A DNA stretch of 64,000 bases. Origin: Candidatus Bathyarchaeota archaeon (GTDB lineage Archaea; Thermoproteota; Bathyarchaeia; TCS64). Position numbers and translations under genes: made by a program. Location of the stretch: positions 96,001 through 160,000 of the forward strand of contig CAVYLP010000002.1 of NCBI GenBank assembly GCA_963769425.1. Direction: 5' to 3'. Below, in pieces: positions 1 to 9,742 of this stretch; the first letter of the stretch is position 1, and every line of letters begins with the position of its first letter. The notes under the pieces were generated by a model. It did not search any database. It was not told the DNA's origin and saw only the letters and a list, made by a program, of their open reading frames with translations.

Positions 1-238
1 GTTAACAAACAAATGTTAAAAAATACTCAATATCCGAAAGCGTAATTTATTGTGTGCGAGGGGTGAGGCACCAACCAGTATTTACTAATAAAATGGATCG
101 GTTCCTTAGTCCTTTTAATCCCTTGAATACTGGATGCTTAAGAACGTTATTTACCTCTATGATAAAAGGGAAAGATGATAATGGTTGCAAATTATTATAA
201 AACTAGATAAGGTTTCATTCGGTTATACAAGGCAGAAA

Positions 239-634
239 ATGAAGTTGACGTACACTAACGAGCCTCTTAGCACCAAAATGCGAACCGCGATAGCCTTACA
301 GGAGATTTTCCTCGTAGCAATAATCCTCGCCTTCATAATCACATTAACAACTGGAACGGCTGAGATGCGGCTTATCAGCTTGGCTTTAATCACACCCATC
401 ATAATTCTCAGCTTAGCATTCATCTACTACTGTAGAAAGAGGAAAGTTTTGGGCTATGCTGGGGCTTCAATCTTGGGTGCTGTAGGCGTTGTTTTGCGGG
501 TGATTGTTAGCACTCAACCAGGCCTTGAGGTTGGTGGTGGGCTTCCAATTGTTGTAACTGTCCTCTACATCGTGTTGGGCGCTCTTGTTGCGGAGAAGAG
601 CTACGAATCCCTGTTGGAATTACGTAACATGTAA
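239..634 (+). CDS. Hypothetical membrane protein (about 4 TM)
   Basis: ORF track 185..634; ATG at 239 is the more plausible start; four hydrophobic segments. Confidence 0.6.
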   Translation: MKLTYTNEPLSTKMRTAIALQEIFLVAIILAFIITLTTGTAEMRLISLALITPIIILSLAFIYYCRKRKVLGYAGASILGAVGVVLRVIVSTQPGLEVGGGLPIVVTVLYIVLGALVAEKSYESLLELRNM

Positions 635-754
635 AATACGTAAAAGAAAACGGTGCTATTTCAAGCCTTAAATTAAATGATTGGATGTGCTTTTGCTGAA
701 ACAAGGTTGCTATCCGCGCGCACAGATAGATACCCACAAACCTTTTTACGACGC

Positions 755-1216
755 TTATTTTAATTCGTAAGATTTGTAGGGCTCTGAAACCGCTTTTAGG
801 TCTTCATAACTCAGCAACTTTGCAGAGTCGGGAAATATATTTATGATGGCTCTGTTCTCAGCTTTTTCCCCAGCAGGGAACCAAAAATAGTCGCTCATAT
901 CGGGATGAAGATACAAGTACCAGAAATACCACTTCTCCTCTACTTCGTTCTTATCCCCAAACTTTGCGTGACCCTCTAATTCAAAATATTTTCCGCTATC
1001 TTTAAAGTGGGGAAAGAAAACACGAACCCGCGGATTATTCTCTATGTCACGTACTTTCCTTGTGTTTCTATAGGTAGGAAACCACATCATTGAACTCGGA
1101 TTAGTATTCACATTCGTCATTGGACGACTATGCCTTTCATCATCAGGGCCAAATGTAACCAGAAAAACTATCTTTGAAGCTTTAAAGCTCTCCTCTAGTC
1201 CCTCTATTCCTTCCAT
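755..1216 (-). CDS. Pyridoxamine 5'-phosphate oxidase-like / general stress FMN-binding protein
   Basis: HSRPMT...WFPT...TRKVRDIENNPRV motif of the PNPOx-like split-barrel family. Confidence 0.75.
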   Translation of the reverse strand: MEGIEGLEESFKASKIVFLVTFGPDDERHSRPMTNVNTNPSSMMWFPTYRNTRKVRDIENNPRVRVFFPHFKDSGKYFELEGHAKFGDKNEVEEKWYFWYLYLHPDMSDYFWFPAGEKAENRAIINIFPDSAKLLSYEDLKAVSEPYKSYELK

Positions 1217-1510
1217 ATTGACAATCCTTTATTATGGAGCTTTTGCAATCTTATATAACCTCATGTTTTTGTTAAAATAAGTTTGTAGAGCATGATCTTG
1301 GAAAAGTCCTTAATAATGCACGCGTGATCAAGGCACCTGCATCGACGTTCAAGTCTCGTCCCTTGATGTTGTGCACGCGCGTATACATAATTATCAATAA
1401 TCCATCATTATTGTCTTATGAGTGAATGTAAAAAAAAATAAAAGAGAATAATGGAAGAATAATTATACATTCGCGCGCATTTTGAATAATTAAAATAAGA
1501 AGGTTTATTA

Positions 1511-1939
1511 TTACTTTACAACAAGCACATTACAATTAGACTCGTTAAGTACTTTAGAAGTAACGGAGCCTAATAACCTCTGTTTCAACTTACCTTCACT
1601 CGCAGCGCCGATAACAATTAGATCACATTTTCTTTTTGTCGCCTGTTCAACAATGGAAAATGCCACGTCAGAACTTCGTTCTGAGATTATTGTGAGTTTG
1701 ATCTTGTTTCCAAACTTACTGGTTATACTAGGGGACAGGGATTTCATCAGAAGATCTTCGTCTCTTGGATCCTTATGGCCTATCACTAGATTGACATCTG
1801 CTGATTCGCCCCAATAAACGTGGAGCACTATCAATTCAGAAGAATATTTTATTGCAACAGACGCAGCTTCGTTTAATGCCTTTTGGGACTGGTCAGAGCC
1901 ATCGAAAGCCACTAATATTTTTGAATAATCCATCCTCAA
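1511..1939 (-). CDS. Universal stress protein (UspA family)
   Basis: KILVAFDGS, DLIVIGA, LLGSVTSKVL...VLVVK. Confidence 0.9.
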   Translation of the reverse strand: MRMDYSKILVAFDGSDQSQKALNEAASVAIKYSSELIVLHVYWGESADVNLVIGHKDPRDEDLLMKSLSPSITSKFGNKIKLTIISERSSDVAFSIVEQATKRKCDLIVIGAASEGKLKQRLLGSVTSKVLNESNCNVLVVK

Positions 1940-2315
1940 CCATCTTCTCCACTCATTTTCTTTTCAAGGTGATTATTTGGTCTTTTTATTATTAAATAAG
2001 ATCGATACTCGTGAGGTAGTTTCTCCTAGTTTTCTATTTTGGTTCCGATGATACTCGGCGGTTTGGGAACCATATTTCAAGGTAGGAATCTTGTTTTAAA
2101 TAAGTTATAGGCTTACTGTGTTCAACCCCGTTTTCATCGAATATGCATAAATACTATTTTGCATCTTCTAAATATTTCTTCCAACCCATCATTTTTGTGC
2201 ATTTTGTCCCTAGTTACCAAGTTGAAAAACGAATTTAAAATACGCCCGTTTGAACTAGATTTTAAATTTCAAATTTAATATATTTAAAAAAAGAGGGCAA
2301 AAGGGAATCCGTTTC

Positions 2316-3155
2316 TTAAGCACCTGGATTACTGTTCAAACCAAGTGTTCCTTGCGCAGCTTTAATTGCCGGTTCATCCCCCCCCTTTCCCCTCAATATA
2401 TATGCGAAAAACACAGCTAACAACCCCCCAACTAAAGGACCAATTAGATATACCCAATAATGACTGAAATCTAATAGTATTAAGTCCGGTCCAAAGGACC
2501 TTGCAGGATTCATCGAAGCACCACTTATGGGAGAAGCCCATAAGCCTGCCAGAGCAATATAGCTACCAACGGCTATTGCGGAGAGAGGTCCGACGTTTTG
2601 TGCCTTTGAGGCTGTGCCAAGAATCGTGCTTACTAAACCAAGTGTAAGAACAAGTTCGATAACCATAGCTTGAATATCATTGATTCCGATACCCGGTGAA
2701 GTAATGCCTAATGTGCCAACGTTTCCAAATAGCTCTCTTAAAAATATGCAGGCACTAATTGAGCCTATTAATTGGGCAATAATATAACCGGGAACCCTGC
2801 GCCAAGGAAAATCACCGCGGGCTGCAAAAGAAATACTAACAGCCGGATTTAAATGGGCTCCTGAAACATTTCCCATAAAGAGGATGATTACCATCACCAT
2901 TAACCCGGGTGCAACAACTAACGCGAGTGAACTTATAGCTCCTTGAGTTACGTCATTGACAACGTTTGCTCCAACCCCTACTAAAACTAGAAAAAAGGTC
3001 CCAAATAACTCGGAGAAGAGTCTCCTCCATTCAAGGGTAGGATCGTCAAAGTTTTTTTTCCATGGTGCCTCAAATTCCGCGATCACCTCTAACCATTCCT
3101 TCCTTAGGTCTTTCCTACGTTTGCGTTCGGGTTCTGACTCCTCTGTATTCGTCAT
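2316..3155 (-). CDS. Aquaporin / MIP channel
   Basis: SGAHLNPAV and SMNPARSFGP NPA boxes. Confidence 0.95.
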   Translation of the reverse strand: MTNTEESEPERKRRKDLRKEWLEVIAEFEAPWKKNFDDPTLEWRRLFSELFGTFFLVLVGVGANVVNDVTQGAISSLALVVAPGLMVMVIILFMGNVSGAHLNPAVSISFAARGDFPWRRVPGYIIAQLIGSISACIFLRELFGNVGTLGITSPGIGINDIQAMVIELVLTLGLVSTILGTASKAQNVGPLSAIAVGSYIALAGLWASPISGASMNPARSFGPDLILLDFSHYWVYLIGPLVGGLLAVFFAYILRGKGGDEPAIKAAQGTLGLNSNPGA

Positions 3156-3201
3156 ATCTTCTTACTTCCCAAACTGCTTTCATAAATATCCTAAAAGATA
3201 A

Positions 3202-3651
3202 TTAATTTAGTATAGTGACGTCGAATAATTGGTTGATTTCCATTTTTTCCAAGCTTGATGTAAGTGTAGCTATTTCAATGGTGTTACCTTTTCCAAGTAT
3301 TGATTTGATTGTTTCAAACACGTCTGCTTTTAATTTAATTTCCAATTGGGTAGTATCTTTAGTAAAAATTCCTGTAGCTCCCACTCCGGGTTCAACATCT
3401 ATATTATGTTTTCCCATGGTACATCCAGTTGATATTTGAATCCCATCTATAATACATGAGTCTGGAGGAGCCCATCTCAGATTCAATTTAGTACTAATAT
3501 CGAACCAACCCTTTGCGTGAAGCGTTTCCACGGCAAATATTCCCATTCTGATTCCAACAGCTAAGAATGGGCCGCCATGCCCATGGAAATCGACTCCCTG
3601 CCGATACAAATCTGCATAAGTATTGATTTTCGTCTCTTGAAGCTGCAGCAA
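3202..3651 (-). CDS. FmdE (FwdE) family protein, possible metal-binding protein
   Basis: FHGHGGPFLAVGIRMG and CIIDGIQISTGCTMG motifs. Confidence 0.8.
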   Translation of the reverse strand: MLQLQETKINTYADLYRQGVDFHGHGGPFLAVGIRMGIFAVETLHAKGWFDISTKLNLRWAPPDSCIIDGIQISTGCTMGKHNIDVEPGVGATGIFTKDTTQLEIKLKADVFETIKSILGKGNTIEIATLTSSLEKMEINQLFDVTILN

Positions 3652-3653
3652 GT

Positions 3654-4871
3654 TTACACTTCCTCACCCAATTCCTCCAAGTCTAGACCCTCCTTTTCAG
3701 CCTCTGAACTCACTCGGATTGGCAGGAAAATATTAATGACCTTTAAAAGTAAAAAGGTACCAACAAATGCATATGCAGAAACAATTAATACACCAAAAAT
3801 TTGAGAAATAAATAAAGAGGTCTGACCATAAACTAATCCATTGGCGCCATCAGCATTCACAGCAAGGGTGGCAAATATTCCAGTTGCCAGGGCACCCCAC
3901 ATTCCACCCACTCCATGACATGCAAAGACATCTAAGGAATCATCGATTTTTGTTCTACTCGCACGCCAACTTGATACTAGGTTTGATAAAACACCAGCAA
4001 CTAGGCCGATCACTATAGACGCCCAAGGCATCACATACCCTGAACCAGGAGTTATGGCGACCAAACCACACACTCCACCAACAGCCATCCCAACAGCGGA
4101 AGGCTTACCCTTACTTATCCAATCAACTACCATCCAGCTCACTGCAGCAGCAGCAGCGGCAAGATTTGTGTTGACCATAGCGTATACAGCTAAACCATTC
4201 GCTGCCAGTGAGCTGCCAGCATTGAAACCAAACCAACCGAACCATAGAATTGCTGAGCCGAGAATCACATATGGAATATTACTTGGCTTGAAATCCTTCT
4301 TCTCCTCAAGATCTTGCCTTCGCCCAATAACAATCGCAGCTGCAAGTGCAGATACACCAGCAGCGACGTGGACCACAAGCCCACCAGCAAAATCTAAGGC
4401 GCCAAGAGCCTTGAGCCAACCCGCATCATTCCAAACCCAATGTGCGATTGGCGAGTAAATCAAAGTCGACCATAAGACGATAAATACTATGAGGGATCGG
4501 AATCTGATTCTTTCGACAAATGCCCCAATAATAAGGGCGGGGGTTATGGCTGCAAATTTTAACTGGAATGCAAAGTGTAAAAGTTCAGGTATAGTAGGTC
4601 CATAAAGAGGACTAGGATCAACTCCAATGTTGTTCAGTAAAGCGTTTGATAAATTGCCTATAAATCCGCTAATGCTTGGCCCAAAGACTAAACTATACCC
4701 CCATAGAGCCCAAGTTAAACTGACAAATGCAAAAATGATCATGCATTGAATTACTGTGGATATTATGTTCTTCTTCCTCACCAACCCGCCATAAAAGAAA
4801 CCGAGGCCGGGCGTCATGAACATAACAAGTGCCGTCGCCGTCAAGACCCATGCTACATCTGCCTCATTCAT
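3654..4871 (-). CDS. amt: Ammonium transporter (Amt family)
   Basis: MTPGLGFFYGG, HWVW, DFAGGLVVH, WFGWFGFNAGS, DDSLDVFACHG; start placed at MNEAD behind a GGTGG site. Confidence 0.95.
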   Translation of the reverse strand: MNEADVAWVLTATALVMFMTPGLGFFYGGLVRKKNIISTVIQCMIIFAFVSLTWALWGYSLVFGPSISGFIGNLSNALLNNIGVDPSPLYGPTIPELLHFAFQLKFAAITPALIIGAFVERIRFRSLIVFIVLWSTLIYSPIAHWVWNDAGWLKALGALDFAGGLVVHVAAGVSALAAAIVIGRRQDLEEKKDFKPSNIPYVILGSAILWFGWFGFNAGSSLAANGLAVYAMVNTNLAAAAAAVSWMVVDWISKGKPSAVGMAVGGVCGLVAITPGSGYVMPWASIVIGLVAGVLSNLVSSWRASRTKIDDSLDVFACHGVGGMWGALATGIFATLAVNADGANGLVYGQTSLFISQIFGVLIVSAYAFVGTFLLLKVINIFLPIRVSSEAEKEGLDLEELGEEV

Positions 4872-4953
4872 TTCATCAAACCACCGTTGCACTTCTTGCC
4901 GCTAATTCCGCGTGCACACATCTATTTGACCTCATTTTTCCCCAAAATATAAA

Positions 4954-5886
4954 TTAGTACTTTCTTACACCACTAAACTTGGCGCCAATTAATATCATTC
5001 TAGTATCATCAACTATGTTATTGATCGTTTTTCTGAGGTCCTCCGAATAATTCCCAAGTAATCTAACTAATACACCATCTCCTTTAGGAAGTAGTGTAGC
5101 TCCTCCAACAACATTTGATTTTTCCTTCAATCTCATATTCAATTTATCGAGAACCTCTTTTGCTTTAATCTTAGAAGTAATAATATAGACACTGGCAAAA
5201 ACACTATTATCATCTAATAATCCAAGATGATTTAATTCATTCTTCTTAGGTTCCAATAAATAGACATCATTAAACCTCAAGTTCCCGTTTTGGTCTCTTG
5301 CCTGTGTTTTCAAATAGCAAATATCGTATTCGAAGCTCTCACCGCTAGCGACCCTACCAGGAACAATGATCTCGGAGTAAACAAGATTACCCCCTTCTCG
5401 TACAGTTATATCAGATAGTTGATAAAAACGAGAGTTTCTATAAGGGATAATTTGATCGGGAATATACTCAAGATAGCAACCATTATCGACATTTATCTTA
5501 ACAATCTGAGTCGCATAGTTCTTATCCATTTTATAAATTCGGGTGGCTCCCTGTGTGGTAATGTGAACCTTTGCTTCCTTACTTAAATTGAGTTCAATTT
5601 TGTATCTATCGCCTTGAAGCATACCCCCCGAAGGGCTCATTATGTATACATATGCCATCTCAGGCAATGTCTCTTCGAGGTATAACGCCTTCATGGAGAA
5701 CAATGGCACCTTGCTGAACTGTTCTCTGATCACGGTTCTGCTAGTCAATTGTTCTTTCTCAAAATTCAGAGTTAAAGCGCCAAGTTTTCCTGATCTACCT
5801 GGCTTGAGCTGAACTAACTCAGCCTCATAGGATAATATCTCAGGCGGAATTTCTGAAGGTGTATAATCTTCAAGGCTCAAGCTCAT
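4954..5886 (-). CDS. ureD: Urease accessory protein UreD
   Basis: SPSGGMLQGD, TTQGATRIY, PGRVASGE; urease cluster context. Confidence 0.93.
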   Translation of the reverse strand: MSLSLEDYTPSEIPPEILSYEAELVQLKPGRSGKLGALTLNFEKEQLTSRTVIREQFSKVPLFSMKALYLEETLPEMAYVYIMSPSGGMLQGDRYKIELNLSKEAKVHITTQGATRIYKMDKNYATQIVKINVDNGCYLEYIPDQIIPYRNSRFYQLSDITVREGGNLVYSEIIVPGRVASGESFEYDICYLKTQARDQNGNLRFNDVYLLEPKKNELNHLGLLDDNSVFASVYIITSKIKAKEVLDKLNMRLKEKSNVVGGATLLPKGDGVLVRLLGNYSEDLRKTINNIVDDTRMILIGAKFSGVRKY

Positions 5887-6555
5887 TCAACCTCTAACAA
5901 GTGGCACCTTTGGTGGGACGTCAAACAGAACATCGTGCTGCAGATGATCTGCAACTTCTTGTATCCCTTGTCCAGTCTTACAGTTCACAAAGAGGAAGGG
6001 CTTAGTGCCTCTAATGATCTTGGCATCTCGCTCCATGACGGAGAGATCAGCGCCAACGTATGGTGCCAAATCAATTTTATTTATGAGCAGCAAATCACAG
6101 TTCTCAATTCCCATCCCCCTCTTCCGTGGATACTTGTCACCGCCAGCTACATCTATGATGTAGATGAAGTAATCTGCCAAAGCTGGACTAAAAGTAGTGG
6201 TGATGTTGTCTCCGCCACTCTCAATTAATATCAAATCCAGTTCCGGGTGATGCTCCTCCATCTCCTCAACTAGGGAGAGATTCATTGAAGGGTCCTCACG
6301 GATAGCTGTATGAGGACAACCGCCAACAGCCAGACCGATTATGAGGTCATCGGGTATAATGTTTCGCTCCTTGAAGAGATTCTTTCGGATCCTCTCAGCA
6401 TCTTCCTTCGAGACCACATCGTTGGAGATTATTCCCAACTGGTAGCCTTTTCTCGTCAGGAATGGGACCACCTGTTCGATCAGAGCCGTTTTACCGGAGC
6501 CGACAGGGCCTCCTATTCCGACCCTGGGTACATGTTTCAATTCAGACATTTTCAA
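5887..6555 (-). CDS. ureG: Urease accessory GTPase UreG
   Basis: GPVGSGKT P-loop, CPH, ESGGDN, NKIDL. Confidence 0.96.
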   Translation of the reverse strand: MKMSELKHVPRVGIGGPVGSGKTALIEQVVPFLTRKGYQLGIISNDVVSKEDAERIRKNLFKERNIIPDDLIIGLAVGGCPHTAIREDPSMNLSLVEEMEEHHPELDLILIESGGDNITTTFSPALADYFIYIIDVAGGDKYPRKRGMGIENCDLLLINKIDLAPYVGADLSVMERDAKIIRGTKPFLFVNCKTGQGIQEVADHLQHDVLFDVPPKVPLVRG

Positions 6556-6564
6556 ATTCCTTTC

Positions 6565-7266
6565 CTAAGTGATGAACATCCTATTGTTTGATGTCTCATG
6601 CCATATTTGGTTGAGATCAATCTCTGGGGCGAATTGCCTCATCCAGGTTGCAGGCCGGTCAATGTTGTCAGCTATAACCTTCAACATGACTGGCTTGAGT
6701 TCGTCAATAATTTTCTGACCAGCTACGTGGTCAATCATACCCAGCCTAAGAGCCGCCCCTACGACGCTAACAATAAACGAGTAAACGAGAATTAGTGCCG
6801 CTTTTTCTCGGGATACATCAAACGCCACCAAGATAACAGCTAATGAAACTGGGTATATCCCTGTGGCTGATCCAGTTTTTATTGCCTTTAAATAATCGTT
6901 AATTAGAGAATTATCTCTAAATCCATGAATACATTTTAACATCTGACCCCCTGACCGAATAGAAGCGTCTCTGACCTCCGCAACTAGTTTCATAGTAGAT
7001 AACTGATCATCGATCAATAGTAACGAGTTGAGGTCACCCTCCTTTGCAGCGTGATAAGCATTACCAAGCGCGACGCAGTCAGCGGGTCCGATTTGATTAA
7101 TTAGGTAGACCTCGAGTAGAGCCTTCAGCTCCTTCCCTGTTTTTACTTTACCTGCGTAGAAAAAGTTCTCGAGGCCACTTGAAGTAGAATACATGCCGGT
7201 GGGGAAGAAGGAATCCCCTAACTGTAGAAACGTAATATCGCTTTCATCCAATTTAGGTATGGACAT
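6565..7266 (-). CDS. ureF: Urease accessory protein UreF
   Basis: LQLGDSFFPTGMYSTSSGLE; C-terminal RMFIT. Confidence 0.93.
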   Translation of the reverse strand: MSIPKLDESDITFLQLGDSFFPTGMYSTSSGLENFFYAGKVKTGKELKALLEVYLINQIGPADCVALGNAYHAAKEGDLNSLLLIDDQLSTMKLVAEVRDASIRSGGQMLKCIHGFRDNSLINDYLKAIKTGSATGIYPVSLAVILVAFDVSREKAALILVYSFIVSVVGAALRLGMIDHVAGQKIIDELKPVMLKVIADNIDRPATWMRQFAPEIDLNQIWHETSNNRMFIT

Positions 7267-7771
7267 GATTTGCTACTCCTTCATCGGGCTCAAAGACCAT
7301 CTTAGTTTTGGAAATTGTCAGGTGATGGCTTACCTTACCAAGTAATTTTTCGAGAAGTTCTAGCTCAGTATCTGCTTGGATTGGTACATAGATATTATCA
7401 CCCTCAACTTTGATGGGCCTGTGAAGGTTACCTAAGGCATGACCTAATCTAACCGATGTCTCGAAAAAGTGATGACCTTTCGCCTCGTCCTCGACTTTAA
7501 TAACCGCCACAGATTCGGGCTCGATTTCGATCTCAAATAGCTTGCCATCTTCCGCCTCAAGAACGTCTCCCCGCTTCAAGGGCTTCTCAAATTCTAACTT
7601 GATGGCAACCTCTTTTCCTTGTTCGGTGGTTTTCATCATTCGGGATCTCTGAGCCTCAAATCTACTCATAACCACAGTATCTAAAATGCCGGCATCTTTT
7701 AACTCAGAGCATTTAGTTTTTAGGTTTTGATCTGTGTATTTGTTTCCAACATATTTATTTATATTTATCAT
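7253..7771 (-). CDS. ureE: Urease accessory Ni chaperone UreE
   Basis: LKRGDVL, LGHALGNLHRP, C-terminal HVH. Confidence 0.9.
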   Translation of the reverse strand: MININKYVGNKYTDQNLKTKCSELKDAGILDTVVMSRFEAQRSRMMKTTEQGKEVAIKLEFEKPLKRGDVLEAEDGKLFEIEIEPESVAVIKVEDEAKGHHFFETSVRLGHALGNLHRPIKVEGDNIYVPIQADTELELLEKLLGKVSHHLTISKTKMVFEPDEGVANHVHT

Positions 7772-8097
7772 CAGTGATCATCACTCTCTTTTTCTTTATG
7801 CATGTTATCAATAGCTGATTTCATATCTTCCAGCCTCTGCATGTAATCTACTTTTCCCAAGTGACTATAAGATGATTGTTTTACTTTAGCCATTACAAGC
7901 CCTTGAGGATCCTGGAGAATCCTTCCCCCGCTCTCCAACTTTTCAGAGATAACACAAAGAGTCACACGATGATCGGGGAAATCGAGGTTCAAGTGAGTTT
8001 TAGGATCTATGAAACCGGAGATGGTATCTATGAAACCAGCAGTGATAGTCACATGTTTGATTTTTGTCGCGTCAATGACCTGTCGACGTTGATCCAA
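7771..8097 (-). CDS. Hypothetical protein in the urease operon
   Basis: 108 aa ORF whose stop overlaps the ureE start; no family recognised. Confidence 0.7.
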   Translation of the reverse strand: MDQRRQVIDATKIKHVTITAGFIDTISGFIDPKTHLNLDFPDHRVTLCVISEKLESGGRILQDPQGLVMAKVKQSSYSHLGKVDYMQRLEDMKSAIDNMHKEKESDDH

Positions 8098-8135
8098 GTT
8101 CTCTTCTTCGACACAGTGTCGTATTAACAGGTTTT

Positions 8136-9692
8136 CTACCTCCTTGTTTCGGACAATGACTGAATGTTGAGTTCTTCTGCTGCTAGATTACGATCTATTC
8201 TAAGGACTGCTTTAGTGATCTCACCCGCAGCTTCAAGTGCGGTGGTCTTGACAAGTAGTGGATCGATTATTCCTCGTTGCCACATATCAACTGGGACACC
8301 GGTTTCTATGTCGATCCCGTATCCCTCCGGAGATGATTTTGCCTCCATGACCTTCTCCAGCCCGTTAAATCCGGCGTTGGTGAGAATTTGACGCATTATA
8401 CTCTCTAATGCAGCCACGACAACGTCCAAACCTACGCTTTCGATCCCTCTTAGTTGAATATTCTTAACCTTAGAAATGAGGTGTAGTTCAGCTGCACCGC
8501 CACCGGCGACAACGCCCTTATTCAATGCCGCCTCGGCTGCATTCACGCCATCCCTGGCGGCTCTCCAGCGCTCCAGTGAGGTTTCCTTCGTTGTCCCGGA
8601 AACGATCATTGTAACAATGTTACTTCCTGAACCACTTTCTATGAAAATCAGCCCTTTTTCCTCGTCCTCGTAAATGTGTTCTGCCTTACCCAAAATATTA
8701 GGTAGGGCCAGATCATCCAACATCCTTACAGGCTTTGCCTCGGTGTATCTTGAAAGAGGCTCTACTTCATCCGTCGAAATATGCATCGCCATGATATTTT
8801 TTGATATGAGAAGATTTTCAATGTACTGATCTACCTCAGGAGAATCGATGAGCACGACATTGGCACCTGTAGCTGATATGCTATCAACAATATTTTTACA
8901 TTTAATAGCACGATCATTTTCCATGCTCATAATATCTCCATATTGTTTACTCTCCTTAATCCAAGCCTCTTTTATCGGTTTTAAGTCGAGTTTTGAAATT
9001 AATATTTTTGCACCTTTTACTTCTAGTGGCATCTCTGGATCCATTCTTTTTCGCTCTAGAACAACACCGTTGAATAATGAGTCATTCATGTTGGTCTTTC
9101 TAATCACCATTATTGACTTGTTGAAATCGTACTCATTATTGATCTTAGCCCTATCTCCAACCAACCTTATTGTCTCAATAACAATTGGAGCCAGTTTTCC
9201 ACCGTCAAGTTTTGAAGCGAGTGATGTTCTTACGATGGATTCAAGTTCAGGTGAATCCATGGAGATCTTTTTTGCCTCGGCCTCTAAAAGTTGACAGACA
9301 CTCTTTACCCCACTTTCCACGCCATCCACAACTTTTGATGGGTGTACACCAAGCTCCTTGATGAGATTTTTCCCGACCTTCACCATCTCTGCAGCCATAA
9401 CCACAGCCGTTGTGGTTCCGTCTCCAACCAATTCCTCCTGGCGTTCAGCTATCTCGACAATCATTCTAGCGACAGGGTGAATGGTCTTTAATGACAGAAG
9501 AATGGTGACGCCGTCGTTAGTGACGTGCCGATTCATCGACTGATCAATTAGCAGTTTATCGAGGCCCTTAGGACCAAGAGTCGTCCTGACTGTTTCAGCA
9601 ACCGCTATAACGGCGTTACAATTTGATTCTAAAGCGTTAACCTCAATGTTCTGAGCTACAGGTCTCCATACACCTTGACTTGACATATCCAT
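8136..9692 (-). CDS. Group II chaperonin (thermosome/TCP-1 family), urease-cluster copy
   Basis: TTLGPKGLDK, TNDGVTIL, GDGTTT, GGGAAE, IIDP motifs. Confidence 0.92.
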   Translation of the reverse strand: MDMSSQGVWRPVAQNIEVNALESNCNAVIAVAETVRTTLGPKGLDKLLIDQSMNRHVTNDGVTILLSLKTIHPVARMIVEIAERQEELVGDGTTTAVVMAAEMVKVGKNLIKELGVHPSKVVDGVESGVKSVCQLLEAEAKKISMDSPELESIVRTSLASKLDGGKLAPIVIETIRLVGDRAKINNEYDFNKSIMVIRKTNMNDSLFNGVVLERKRMDPEMPLEVKGAKILISKLDLKPIKEAWIKESKQYGDIMSMENDRAIKCKNIVDSISATGANVVLIDSPEVDQYIENLLISKNIMAMHISTDEVEPLSRYTEAKPVRMLDDLALPNILGKAEHIYEDEEKGLIFIESGSGSNIVTMIVSGTTKETSLERWRAARDGVNAAEAALNKGVVAGGGAAELHLISKVKNIQLRGIESVGLDVVVAALESIMRQILTNAGFNGLEKVMEAKSSPEGYGIDIETGVPVDMWQRGIIDPLLVKTTALEAAGEITKAVLRIDRNLAAEELNIQSLSETRR

Positions 9693-9742
9693 CTCTCCAA
9701 GTGTTGTCTGTTCTTGTATTTTAAAAAATAAAATTGGGGAAA

